Shown piece after piece: positions 11,252 to 23,562 of a DNA stretch of 64,000 nucleotides (its first letter is position 1; each line of letters starts with the position of its first letter). The position numbers were made by a program, and so were the translations under genes. The stretch comes from Adineta vaga. Taxonomy: Eukaryota; Animalia; Rotifera. Where the stretch lies: positions 9,920,001 through 9,984,000 of the forward strand of contig CP075496.1 in NCBI GenBank assembly GCA_021613535.1, read 5' to 3'. A model generated the notes under the pieces. It saw nothing but the letters and a program-made list of their open reading frames with translations. It made no database searches and was not told the origin of the DNA.

Positions 11252-13482
11252 TAAAGCCCTTATTCATAGAAATTATTTAATGAATTTATAGATTATCTAT
11301 AAAAAAAAGTTCATGAGATTTATGTTTCAATTTTGTCATACTGAATAATTTTGTATTACAATGATTATTCTTCTCAATTTAACTCGAATATGTATATATA
11401 TATACAAAACCGTCATTAGAGAAACAAGTCAAACAATTGTTTCTATCTTTCCAATGTATTTATTTATCTTTAGTAAAGGATAAACTGCTTAAACTTGATT
11501 ACTTTGAAATGTTTGACTGATCTCATGTCGATAAATACTACCAGATGCAACATATAGAAGAAAAAAAAGGATAAGAAATAAATACATTATTGACACATAG
11601 TAAAAATCATAGGTAAATCTTGAACAAATGATGTCATAGAAATTTATATAACTCCAAGTGGTAGTGTAAGAAAATATAAGTAATGACTTGTATAAGTGTG
11701 CCAATCTAGAACAATCGCTTTATGCCCACTCTATCTTATAGATCTTTATCCTCTTAGCATATGCACTTGCATGCTTATCCTCTTATCGAACATCAGCTCA
11801 TCTCCATAGTTCTCTAATCCACATCTGAATTCAGCACATATTCTTGTTCGTTGATGAAATGTTTCTGGCTTAATGTGATATTTTACTGTGACGCGATACT
11901 GGATGTTTAAAGTCCTATAAGTATAGAGAGGTTCTTTCTTCTTTGATGAAATAAAGATACACAAACCATTACTCTCTAATTCTTGAATTCTAGTCCAGAA
12001 ATCGTCACAATAAGCATCATTCAAAATAATTGTCGATCAGTTCAACGAGGTCGATTGAAACGAATCATCCGTGCGAATTGTTGTCGAAATGTTAAAAAGT
12101 GTTAATAGGCTAAATAAATTCATAAAAAATACTGTTAAAACATAATAGACGATAGTATGACTCCATAAATAGATAGTTACATATATATGTATGTTGAAGA
12201 CATGTATGAACATATGTATTTGACCATAGAATACTATAAATCCGTAAGATTTGTAGTGGATATGTAAAACATGTATAAAGAAGAAAATAGTTACGTTCAA
12301 GAATAAAAATATTCAATGTATTTATGATTATAGCATGAATAAAGTGAATTGATTGCATAAAAATTGCAATATTTATTGTTATGTAGATATTTTTCAAATC
12401 AATGATCCTTTTTTTTCTCATAAGACTTCTATTCCTAATGAAATAGAGAATATACTGATAGTTAATTAAAAATAATCACATGAGTATTGACATCCAAAAT
12501 GACTGCTATTATATTTTTACTTTACGAAATTGTGTTTTGAAACATTCTATTCAAGATTGAAGTGCAGTTTTAGGTCACAGTTAGAAATGTTCGTATGAAT
12601 TGAAAGTATCTGTAGAAATAGTGAGTATGTGTGTTTACATGTTAAACGAGAAAACCTAAGTAGAACTTTGAAATGAATGAGTTTATATTAATTGAAAACT
12701 AATTAAATTTTTTTCAATTTAAATAATCTAAGTCACTTTCTCTTCTATTTCTAGTTCATTATGATAAACGATACACATTTAATTATTCATGAAATGCATT
12801 ATTCAGTTTTCCTTAAGGTTTTGTTTTTTTATAGAATTATTATTATTAATTAAAAACAATGAAAAATAATGATCAGTGGATGAAATTATTCGTAGCACAT
12901 AACTTATTAACAACTAAATATAGGCCTTTACATTATTTCAATATATTTCTTCTATGAAGCACAAGAATATTCTAAATGAAGTGCATATGAACTCTACAAA
13001 GACATGTAAGTATTAGTATTTCAGAGTATTCATCTTCTAGGAATTTCATTTCTGTAAGATTTATTTAAATATATAAGTGTCGATCTACCATTAAAACACG
13101 AATTGATGTATCTTTCAGAATGTACTTCGATTTCTAGTAAATGTGTAATGATTGAACACTAATTTTCATAATTTGATATACAATTATATGTAGATCATGA
13201 TTTTTTAATGGATAATATGCACACATGAAATGTAATTATCGCCACCTGTCAATCAATATATAGGAGAAAATAGAACGTAAGAAGATTTATTATAATTGTA
13301 ATGATGTTTTTCAATAGATAGAATATATTAATCGAACTAGTCTTCTATAAATAGAAATGAGTTAATACTCAATTATGAAATGAAGACACAAGCACTGATT
13401 GAAAGAACTCTTTAGTATTGTTGTTCTACAATTTTAGTTTCCGTCCTCAGAAAGCACCTGTAATCTCCGTTGGTACTATATT

Positions 13483-14481
13483 TCATTTATTTATTCTTAA
13501 AAAATCAAAAAGTGCACTACGAAATGTATTTCCACCACTTAATGTATATATATAAAATGGCATTCCACTTGCCAGATATGTTAGAAGTAGCACAAAATTA
13601 TAGATAAATTTATCTACAGTGCTATGTAAAGATGATTTAATTTGATTAATTGTTAGTGTTGTATAGAATTTTTCAATTGTTTGTGGTACAGTTAAAACAG
13701 CAAGAAAAACGACTTGAATAAGGAGAACATGACGTAAATATCGATCGATTCGTCTTCGACGTCTATGTAGATGATTGACGGATTTTAATGTTTTACTGTT
13801 TTTCTTTTCACTGATATCAAGTAATTCTCTTTGTCCAGATGCAACTTCATACTGACGACGAATATTTGATATTGTTAATAAACCAAATATAAACATAATT
13901 ATTAAAGGACATAAAATGGTAATTATTGTATAAATCATATCTGTTACTAAACGACACATCATTGTTTTACCATAGCAACGTAATGGTGCTGATTGATTAT
14001 TAGCCTGATAACAATAGAGTACTTGAGAGTAGAGTGAGAGTGAACAAAGAATGATAGTAATTGTTACTCGTTGAGCATTTTTGAGGCAACTAAGTTGTCT
14101 TAGTTGATATTGATGAGATGATAAAAGATAACGATCAACTGTTGCCGATGCAACAAGCCAAAAAGCAATCGATCGAGAAACAAACATAATAAATGCACGA
14201 AATTTACAAGCATATACACTTGTTGTAGTCGGATCCATATTCCATCCAGATAAGATTCGTGTTGTTAAACCACATGCTATAGAAATCATATTAGCAATAG
14301 ATGAAATAAGAAAATAGAAAACACATGGATTAGATCGAAGAGATGGTCGAGAAAGAACGAAACAATTGAGTATATTTCCAATGGTACCAAAAAGAAAAAT
14401 ACATATAGAAAAATAACGATTAAATTGTAAGGAAATTGAATTTAACATGGTAGATAAATCCAAATTTGATGAATTTGCCAT
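13483..14481 (-). CDS. Orphan rhodopsin-class GPCR, intronless
   Basis: Seven hydrophobic segments, GTIGNILN, CKFR, ATVDRY and a PFYIYTL TM7 variant. Confidence 0.9.
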   Translation of the reverse strand: MANSSNLDLSTMLNSISLQFNRYFSICIFLFGTIGNILNCFVLSRPSLRSNPCVFYFLISSIANMISIACGLTTRILSGWNMDPTTTSVYACKFRAFIMFVSRSIAFWLVASATVDRYLLSSHQYQLRQLSCLKNAQRVTITIILCSLSLYSQVLYCYQANNQSAPLRCYGKTMMCRLVTDMIYTIITILCPLIIMFIFGLLTISNIRRQYEVASGQRELLDISEKKNSKTLKSVNHLHRRRRRIDRYLRHVLLIQVVFLAVLTVPQTIEKFYTTLTINQIKSSLHSTVDKFIYNFVLLLTYLASGMPFYIYTLSGGNTFRSALFDFLRINK

Positions 14482-15885
14482 TAACGGAAATAAGAATAAA
14501 TATCTATTGAGTTTTCAAAAAGATAATATGAATTTTTATGAATATAAGCTTCTTTTCTCAATAGATTATTATATCTCCTTTTGTATTACGAAAAAAGATT
14601 TTCTCTCTTTCTTACGGTAATAGTGTATCAACATAATCAAAATCTAATGTCGCTTCTTCTTGGATTATCATTATCATTTAAGTATATATGATAAAAACTA
14701 AGATTCTTATTCTAAGTTAAACTTAGCATTAAATTGACTGCTAGCATAGTATGTTCTACCTGATGGTTAATTTTACTTCATATATGGAATAAAATTATCA
14801 AACTTCTCTTATGACAAACAACTGAAGTACTACAAGTATCAAAAGTAATATACGAAAGAACGAAGGAAAAGAAAATAATCAAAATATAGCATCTAATATT
14901 ACGATAATAATTCTGAATATCCATATCTATATTGTTTGGTCTACTTTATAAGAATCAAATAAAGGTTATGACTATGAACAGAGTTCAGGTCGTTCAAAAG
15001 AATAATTCAAGTAGTTCTTGAGTTCATTTGAATGGACTCTTCGTGAGTTTGAACATGTTTTTCTCCATTAAAGATAAACCGAATGATGAAAATGTTAATG
15101 ATAAATGAAAAGACTCTTTATCCATCGAACATCTCTAACAAGTTAAGATGATCTCACTATTCTAATTCTAGTAATGAGAGAAAAAAACCAGAACAACTGA
15201 TTATGTCATGCTATACTAAATAAAAATGCATTTACTAACATAAAAGAGTGTAGAAAATGAGCTCAGGAAATGACAATCAAATTTTATTACGCACATGTAA
15301 GAAAATGTCTCTTTGAACTAATTTTGTGGAGAATAAAAAAAAGAAAAATCAACGTCGAAAAATATATACTATAAATTACATTTACTCACCTCATATGCAT
15401 GTAAAAGCGATTAATTATATAGATTTATTTATATCAGTTAGTATTTAATGAATCACAAGATTTTACTCATGAATTTATCGTTCTTATTAAATGATAATAC
15501 GGAAGGTAATTTCATACATTTTTATTACAATCTCGATGTAAAATGAAACTTAAAGACACATGTCAGATATAAACAAATCTCATACTCAATAGCTTTGTGT
15601 GTGTATACAATTATTTTTTCATGACAAATGAATGCAATCTAAGGAGTACGTTTTGTTAAAACAATGCTGTAATTGACAAACGCAGTGCTAATCTAAACTT
15701 TTAATTAAAAATCTCTAAAGTTTCTATTACTCATATGTGAGACACAAGAAATCTGTATCTTTATGTAAATAGATAAAAATGAGTGAAATAAATAAAATAA
15801 AAATGCTTATCTTTGTTGATATAAACTATGCTTTTTCTCTTTGACCGAACAATTTCGTTCGCACATTAACTTTATCCTGAACATC

Positions 15886-16728
15886 ATGTTGTTCTACTTG
15901 TTTCTAACGTTTCAAATCTTATATTCTGTATCATCCCACATATCGTGTTATGTTTGTCCAAGTAATATGAATGAATTCAATTATCTTATCACTGTTGATC
16001 GTATTCCTGAACAACTTAATAATTGTTCACTGACACAAAATTTCACGGCATGCGCTGTAACTTTAATATGGCAAAAGAATCCCGAACAAACACAGATAAC
16101 TACTAATGGTGCAGAAGGTCGAAAATCCGTATTAAATCAACATATGCTCGACGTAACAATTGGTTTTGAAAATAAATTATCAACAACAAAATGGGAAAAA
16201 ATAATTATCTATGAATGTACAACAAATGAATGTAATCATTTCAATCAAATCAAACGTTTATTAAACTCATTAACAATAATTGATGAACTTGATCAAATAA
16301 AAGATATTATCACTCCTCAAGAACCATTTCAAGGTCAATGGTGTGAACAAGGATCGAATGCAACATTTATTGAATGTGGTACAAAAATTCCCGATGATAA
16401 ATGTAAAATATGTTCGTTGGGTGTAGAAAGAAACCAAACAGGAATCGAATTCTGTGCAACTTGTTTAACGGAAAATGATGGAGACAATTTTCTCTCACGT
16501 TCAGTCATGATTAATATGATTGATCGGACACGTACCGATGTTTGGCAATTACAATGTCGATCAAATAAATGCAATTCGTTAAGTAATGGTGAACTTATAC
16601 GACAAAAAGCTCAAATTGATTTTGATTTTGTAAAATTTTTTAACAATGGACATAGATTAATATCGTTTGTATCTATGAATATTATGTTTTTAATTTATAT
16701 GGTTTTTATGATTGAATTTCACTGCTAA
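15886..16728 (+). CDS. Secreted Cys-rich protein with two Ly6/uPAR (three-finger)-like modules, probably GPI-anchored; paralog 1
   Basis: Signal peptide, CYVC start, module ends CTTNECN and CRSNKCN, and an FNNG plus hydrophobic C-tail. Confidence 0.75.
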   Translation: MLFYLFLTFQILYSVSSHISCYVCPSNMNEFNYLITVDRIPEQLNNCSLTQNFTACAVTLIWQKNPEQTQITTNGAEGRKSVLNQHMLDVTIGFENKLSTTKWEKIIIYECTTNECNHFNQIKRLLNSLTIIDELDQIKDIITPQEPFQGQWCEQGSNATFIECGTKIPDDKCKICSLGVERNQTGIEFCATCLTENDGDNFLSRSVMINMIDRTRTDVWQLQCRSNKCNSLSNGELIRQKAQIDFDFVKFFNNGHRLISFVSMNIMFLIYMVFMIEFHC

Positions 16729-16908
16729 ATAAGAAATTTTGATACAAATACCGTTAAATAAAAGAGAAGAATAAAGAAACTCATTCCCTTGTAGATAAGA
16801 GAATATCATTGATAATATAAGTTACACCAAAGAACCTTTTATTTTCTTTTTCATATTCATATACTTTGAATTTTATTCTCGCTGTCGATATCTATTTGAA
16901 AACAAAAC

Positions 16909-17751
16909 ATGTTAGTTCATTTATTACTAATCTTTCATACACTATATTCCATTTCACATGCAATTGTATGTCATACATGTCCGCTTGATCTGAATAAACT
17001 TAATTATATAGTTACAATGGATAATATTCCAACTAATCTGAACAATTGTACAACAGTAAATACTGGTGATATTTGTTTTATTGATCTTATATGGAATCAA
17101 AATCCAGATACAACGGATTTAGGTTTAAGTACTCAAGAACCAGAAAGATCGGCTTTGATTCAACATTCACTTATTACAAATGTTAACTTAGAAAACAAAG
17201 ATTCAGATCATATTTGGACGAAAGGTATCTCATATACATGTTCAATAGATAATTGCAATAGTTTATTAACATTGAAACGTATATTAGCTTCATTAACATT
17301 TAATGATAATTTTGATGATATTAAGAATCTTTTGAGAAAAGAAGAACCATTCGATGGAAATTGGTGTCAACTAGCAACAAATTCAACTTCGGGAGATTGT
17401 AATACAGGAATGTCGACTTCTTCTTGTAAAGAATGTTCATTTCAAGGAAAAAATGTTGAGCGATCCTTGGAGTATTGTTCAAATTGTTTAACAGATGATA
17501 TTGGTGAGACATTTATGTTATATGAAGCAGATTTTAATATGACCGATCGAACAATTGCTGATCATTGGGTTCTTGAATGTCGGTTTCCAAATTGTAATAC
17601 AGTTCAAAATGGCAATATGATTCGAGAGAAAGTTTTGTCGACATTTGATTTCGCTAAATTTTTGGACAATATTAATACAGCTAGTGGTTTATCATCGATC
17701 AATAAAATCCTATTTATATTTATTGTAATTTTTATCAAAATTCTTTCTTAA
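16909..17751 (+). CDS. Ly6/uPAR-like secreted Cys-rich protein; paralog 2
   Basis: Same Cys spacing (CHTC, CSIDNCN, CRFPNCN), signal peptide and hydrophobic C-tail. Confidence 0.75.
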   Translation: MLVHLLLIFHTLYSISHAIVCHTCPLDLNKLNYIVTMDNIPTNLNNCTTVNTGDICFIDLIWNQNPDTTDLGLSTQEPERSALIQHSLITNVNLENKDSDHIWTKGISYTCSIDNCNSLLTLKRILASLTFNDNFDDIKNLLRKEEPFDGNWCQLATNSTSGDCNTGMSTSSCKECSFQGKNVERSLEYCSNCLTDDIGETFMLYEADFNMTDRTIADHWVLECRFPNCNTVQNGNMIREKVLSTFDFAKFLDNINTASGLSSINKILFIFIVIFIKILS

Positions 17752-17967
17752 TTCAATAAAACTTCTCCTTTTGATAAACATCTATGTTAATTCATTATTC
17801 TAAACGACGACTAGGATGAATACAGAGTAAAATAGATAACAATATCTAATAAGAAAAAACATTCACATATCTACATTAGAGAATATCTTTATCTTTTTCC
17901 ATGCTATATATCATCAATCTTTTCATTGACTATCAAACAAAACAACAAACTAGACAGTACTCACAAT

Positions 17968-18771
17968 ATGCTATTTTTTTTGTTGATCTTTACTCAATTA
18001 ATATATTCTATCACATGTCATCTAACATGTCATAATTGTCCAATGCAAACTAATGTTTTCGATTCAATTATCACCGCTGATACAGTACCCAATGATCTAA
18101 AAAATTGTTCATTAGTAACTGATCAAATGGAATGTTCAATTCGAGTAACATGGACACAAAATCCGAATCAAACTTCAATCATACTTCTAGCTGGTAGTGA
18201 AAGACAAGCAGTATCCGGTCGACATAATCTTGAAAATACAATTACTTTAACCAATAATGGTACGAAAACTCAATGGGAAAATTCGATTTTTTATATTTGT
18301 TCAAGTGAACAATGCAATAGTCTAACAATGTTAAAACGTCTATTACGATCATTAACATCTGAAGATAAATTTCATACTCTTTCCGATCTTTTGGATCTGA
18401 ATACACAATTTCAGGGTAGTTTTTGTAATTTCTTTGCCAATTCGAGTATTTCATGTGAAACAGAAATGGATCCAAATACATGTAAACAATGTGCTACTCA
18501 AGAATATATTCAATCAAAATCTATTGAAGTTTGTTCAAATTGTGTTATGGATAATGTTATTGAAAATTTTATAACACGTCAAGTCAAATTCTTTATCGAT
18601 AAACAAGAACGACATGATCTTTGGATGATTGAATGTCAAAAAAAAGATTGTAATGCAATAGAAACAGGTGATTTAATACGAGAAAAGAGTAATATTGATT
18701 TTAATTTCAATTATTTCTTAAATAGTAGTAAGAAGCTCGATAACATCCTCTTAATTACATTATTGCCTTAG
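17968..18771 (+). CDS. Ly6/uPAR-like secreted Cys-rich protein; paralog 3 (C-tail possibly cut by a 1-nt deletion)
   Basis: CHNC, CSSEQCN, CQKKDCN. Adding 1 nt at 18767 extends the tail with LVLATLNMKIDN. Confidence 0.75.
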   Translation: MLFFLLIFTQLIYSITCHLTCHNCPMQTNVFDSIITADTVPNDLKNCSLVTDQMECSIRVTWTQNPNQTSIILLAGSERQAVSGRHNLENTITLTNNGTKTQWENSIFYICSSEQCNSLTMLKRLLRSLTSEDKFHTLSDLLDLNTQFQGSFCNFFANSSISCETEMDPNTCKQCATQEYIQSKSIEVCSNCVMDNVIENFITRQVKFFIDKQERHDLWMIECQKKDCNAIETGDLIREKSNIDFNFNYFLNSSKKLDNILLITLLP

Positions 18772-18887
18772 TTTTAGCTACTCTAAACATGAAAATCGAT
18801 AATTAATACATGATAAGTTTTTATGTAATATGTTTAAATAAAAGTTTCATTTGTCAAATAAACTATCTCTTGGAATTCTTCATTAAT

Positions 18888-19865
18888 CTATCCCTCTAGT
18901 TGTTGATAAACACCCTTTGGAGCAACATTTGGTCCTCGTCCTTTGTCTAATATAAAATCTGTTAGCCAAGCAGGAATCATTGATAATGGAAAAAATAAGT
19001 AACTTGATTGCCAACCTGGTCGATAACGAATATGTGGAACTGTATTGTTCACTGCATGTTGAAGAGCACGAACGACTTTTTGAGGATCTTCAGCCAAATA
19101 GATAAATAAATTTTTCGTTCGTTTATTTATTAAATTATTCAAATAGTTTTCACCCCATCGTTCTTTTACATCTTCTGATAAACCATTCCATATTTTACGC
19201 ATTGCTTCAACATGTCCTGTAATAATTGGTGTACGCATATAACCTGGTTCAATAATACTCACATGTAAACCCCATGGATACATTTCTCGACGAAGACAAT
19301 CAGAAAATGCTTCGAATGCATATTTTGATGCACAATAAGATGACATACTAGGTGCAACTATATAACCTGCTACAGAACAAAGATTAACAACACGTGAATT
19401 TCGTTTTGTAATTAATAATGGTAGAAATGTTTTGGTCATTGCTACATGTCCAAAATAATTAACTTCCATCATTTTTCTCATAAAATCAAGATTTATCCAA
19501 TCGATTAAACCATCTTGATCAATACCAGCATTGTTAACAAGTGCATGTAATGTATTAGTTTTTGATTTAACCATTTGATAAGCTGCATCGATCTGTTCAG
19601 GTTGTGTTATATCCAAACAAAAGACAGTAGCACGTGCAGAAAGTTTATTTTCAAGTGTTTTTTTATTGTCTGGATCATAAATAGCAGCAAATACATTGAA
19701 ACCTTGCTTATCAAGTTCAATAGCTAATGAATTACCAAAACCTGTGTCACATCCTGTGATCAGGACATATTTTCCATGTGGATAAATATCTGCTGTTGGA
19801 TATAAATATTGATACAATCGATAACTTATATAAATGATGATTAAGAATATGATAATTGTGAACAT
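18888..19865 (-). CDS. Short-chain dehydrogenase/reductase (retinol dehydrogenase/17beta-HSD/BDH1-like), intronless
   Basis: N-terminal TM segment, TGCDTGFG, VNNAG, YCASK, IIEPG. Confidence 0.92.
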   Translation of the reverse strand: MFTIIIFLIIIYISYRLYQYLYPTADIYPHGKYVLITGCDTGFGNSLAIELDKQGFNVFAAIYDPDNKKTLENKLSARATVFCLDITQPEQIDAAYQMVKSKTNTLHALVNNAGIDQDGLIDWINLDFMRKMMEVNYFGHVAMTKTFLPLLITKRNSRVVNLCSVAGYIVAPSMSSYCASKYAFEAFSDCLRREMYPWGLHVSIIEPGYMRTPIITGHVEAMRKIWNGLSEDVKERWGENYLNNLINKRTKNLFIYLAEDPQKVVRALQHAVNNTVPHIRYRPGWQSSYLFFPLSMIPAWLTDFILDKGRGPNVAPKGVYQQLEG

Positions 19866-20167
19866 GATCGTTCGTTGTGATGTATGTTCAATTAGTAACG
19901 ATAGTATATCGAAAAAAAGTACGAAAATTGTAGAGGACAAAAGTCGTCGATAATAGATATATACAAATAGAGAATAAGCACGTTACTTTAAAGGTTTTTT
20001 TTCGTCTTTTCTTTTGCTTTGAGATATACGTCAGTTTTTATTTGATTTCGATAGATTGTGTACGCATATTTGTGTGCGTGTGTGTGTATATAGAAAAGAA
20101 AGAAAAAAAACGACTAAATTTTAAAATTTACAAAGAATCATTCAAGATATGTATATTTATATTCTAT

Positions 20168-21259
20168 TTAACATGGGTGACAGTAGTCAAGCTTTAATTT
20201 AGTTCGATGTAAAATTTGACTTTCATTAGTAAAAAGTGCCAAAGTTATAAATCGAAGAGGTCCATCACCCCATCGATAGAGAAATATACCATTCGATTCA
20301 TCAACAACACGAATAAAATCAATAATTTCTCGTCGTCGCATTAGTGCAGTTTCAACAATTTCTAAATTATTCCAATAATTTGGTATTTCAATTGAATGAT
20401 TGAAGAAATCAGCGATACATTACAGGATTTTGAATTATTATTTTATTTTTAGTTCTATAATCCGTAACAAGATCACGTATACGTGTCGTACCACGAAGAA
20501 TATATTCGAAATCAACTACTCTTGCATTGGCCAGATAGACAGCTTTTTGTTGAGACATTATATCAAATACATTAGGCCATTTACCTAGAATCTGTGAATC
20601 ATCATCAAGTCGCATCATGTATCGATATCGTTGAATAATTTTCATTTCAAATACTTGTTTAAACCAAAAGTAACACATTTGATGATAATTCCATTTGCCA
20701 CGTTTTGACCATGTTGGAGTTTGACTATAAGGATTAAATCCCGGTGAGAATCGATAAAATATATGATCAATATTAACAAATTTAATTTCACGAGAAGTTC
20801 CATCAATAATTGGCATAAAATCTTCTCGAAGTGGATAGCCAGTATGAAAAATAATCACATCTGTCGCATTACTATCATTAAGACGATGATTAAGTTGAAG
20901 AATTTTTTCACATAATTTTGGATAAGGATTATAAGCTACACGAACATCACCCGTATAACTTGCAACAAGAAATACAATGACATTTTCGGAACGCTAAAAT
21001 ATCGATTTGAAAAAACAAACAAATATGAACTTTATCTTACATTTCGACTTCGATTTGAATGTTGATAACTAGAGAACATATACCATCCATCATTATAATC
21101 ACTGACAGATATTACTTTTGTTGAATTATTTGACGTAAAATTACGTTGATAGACATCTGTCCATATCAATGTTTTTGAAGAAGTACTAAACGCGTAAATA
21201 TATAACAGAATCAGTATAAATATTGAAACAAGTGATAGGTAAATCAGTTTTTTATTCAT
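20168..21259 (-). CDS. Glycosyltransferase family 15-like (KRE2/KTR alpha-1,2-mannosyltransferase) type II membrane protein; frameshift near 20414
   Basis: N-terminal TM anchor and one intron (about 20995-21041). Motifs YHQMCYFW, YRYMMRLDDDS, and after the shift YWNNLEIV and GIFLYRWGDGPLR. Confidence 0.85.
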
Positions 21260-22349
21260 CAGTTGTATCTTCCTAGAAAACCAAATACATATAAGATATT
21301 TGTTAAATGAAACATGTTGTCTTACTGTTTAAATTCTATGATAATATGCTCATTTTTTATATGTTCGGATTTACGAATAGTAGTTTTCAAGGGAGAAGAT
21401 TTCGTCTTTAAAGAAGTTAAATATGTCATATTCATCAGTGAATTTAAAAAAGGGAACGAAAGAAGTCTGAAAGGAATCGATCGCGATCAATAAGAATTAG
21501 TATAAACTAATACAATCAATTTTCTCTTAGAGAATAGTGATAGTTAAAGCAAATTTAATTTCTAGTTAGTATCATCAATCTGTCAGAATAAAATCATTCG
21601 CTTATTCATCAAAATTTGAATTTTCTCTAGCAAAGTAAGTATTCAAAAACGTCCGCTATATCGACTTTTAGAAATTGTCTGACAACTTGTAAATGTATTC
21701 AAATTGATTACAAGACCAAAGACACGTTAGTGTGAGAAAATTAAGTAATGAATAAAAAAATGTGAGACACTTACAATAAATCAGTAACAAATCATTAAAA
21801 AAAAAGTAATTGATTATTACAGATAAATGAGAGGTTCTATTTCTATAGCAGAAGACAAGCAAAAAGACCGTTTTTGTCCGAAGAATATAAAGAATTTTAT
21901 GCAAGCATGTTTTATGTATGTTTTTTGTTTGATTAGTTATTCTAACTAAATACACAGCGTAAGACTAACACAATAGTTATTCGTTTTCTTGTAGAGAATC
22001 GATCAAAGTTTGATAGAAAAAGAAAAATGCATATATAAATCTGCAAGTATGTCTAATTCTTTCCAGAACTGAATTCTTCTCACGACATGTGATGTTGTCA
22101 AGGTTTCGTACAGATTTTTTTGCCGTTTTGATTTGTACAGAACAGGTCGTTCACGTTATAACATAAGCAGATTCATAGAAAGCATTTTAATAAGCCTATT
22201 TTGTAAGTTATTTCTTTGATCAACTGTTCTTTTGTGGACGAGAATGATACTTCACATTTTGAATGAATTTCATATTCAATAAAATTTATGCACAAGGCGA
22301 AAACTTGGACTGGTAATCATAGATCGAATTTAGCTGAAAATTCATACCT

Positions 22350-22400
22350 TCTGATATATTTCCCTTCACATGTTCCACATCAAATTCTATACAAACTCGC
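22350..22400 (-). mobile_element. Possible degenerate GIY-YIG endonuclease remnant (Penelope-like retroelement)
   Basis: Minus frame reads LYRI*CGTCEGKYIR, resembling the VYxIxCxxCxxxYIG signature. It contains a stop and has no flanking ORF. Confidence 0.3.
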
Positions 22401-22924
22401 TACTAATTAGAAACTTTTTTAAAATATCTGTCAACCATCAGAAAATACATCGTAGAATTCACACACGACACTTCGCCACATTCTGCTGTCTCGATGAGAA
22501 TAATTTTTAAAAAAAATTATGCATTTATAATATTATTAACAGTATGATGAATGTAGTGAATGGTTGGAAAAAGACTGAAAGGAAAAATCTTGAAATGAGA
22601 AACGACGTAGAAAAATCTCGAAAAGAAAAATGTATAAATAAAAAAGAACAAACATCGAAAAGAATATTAAGAAAGAGAACATACTGAACGACTAAGATGT
22701 ATGAATAAGGAAATAATCTCTATTGAGCGTATGGGTATGAGAGGATCAGTTAGCTGTTTAATCACACCTACACATTCAAGATGGTGTCACACTTTTGAAA
22801 TTTATTGAAAAAAAAATGATATTAGAATGTGTAATTAACATACTTGAAATATAGAATATCAATGAAAAGCAAATTGAACGATAATACTCAATATGAGTTC
22901 ATTGTAGTCTGACGTACACAACTA

Positions 22925-23562
22925 TGCCTGGCCTCTCACTTCCTCTCTTTCCTTTTTGCAAAAATTTAAGCATCGCCTAATATAAGCCTGTAACAAATGC
23001 GAAGTAGTGACGGCGATAAGAAAATTTATGATGAAATCAAAGAAAAGTGGAAAGAAAAAAAGAGAAAAAAGTGGAATGGGATGCAAGAAACTATACTAAA
23101 AACAAAAATAGTTGCCATACTGAATCATTTTTGCAACGGAATTGAAATCTTCTGAAATGTTTCGCAGCAACCTAGGACGTTTTAATCAGACTTGTCAAAG
23201 GTTCATTGATCTTTTCCGAAGATTTCTTGGGAAATCTATGCAACTTTGAAAAGGTTTAGAATTCGTTACAAACTGCGTAATACTTTAAAAGTTCCACTTC
23301 ATCTGTCAGGCATTCTTAGATAGTTTCTATTTTCTATGAAATCTTTTTTTCAGTGTACGCTCTGGTATCTCACTTCTCTCTTTCCTTTTTTTCTCTCCTC
23401 TTTTCTTTGATTTTATCATAAATTTCCTTGTTAACATCACTACTTCGCATTTGTTACAGACTTATATTAGGTGACGTTTAAATTCTTGCAAAAAAAGCGA
23501 AAAAAGAACGTGAAGAAAATATTTCCTTAAAAAAAAGAGAAAGTGAGGAGCCAGGGTGTGTA
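22925..23562. mobile_element. Cluster of MITE-like elements: two inverted copies of one family flanking a possible third element
   Basis: About 22925-23075 is the reverse complement of about 23356-23562 (shared core ...CCTAATATAAG(C/T)CTGTAACAAATGCGAAGTAGTGA...). The second copy has its own imperfect TIRs (CTGGTATCTCACTT...AAGTGAGGAGCCAG) bounded by TA. Confidence 0.75.

Noticed and set aside
13447-13485. In-frame NIVPTEITGAF* after the GPCR TGA (possible readthrough or CGA>TGA change)
   Set aside because: Only 11 codons, no canonical readthrough context, and no ortholog to compare.
15770-17840. AGATAA (GATA) motifs upstream of each Ly6-like gene
   Set aside because: The hexamer is common in this AT-rich sequence, and enrichment cannot be shown by eye.
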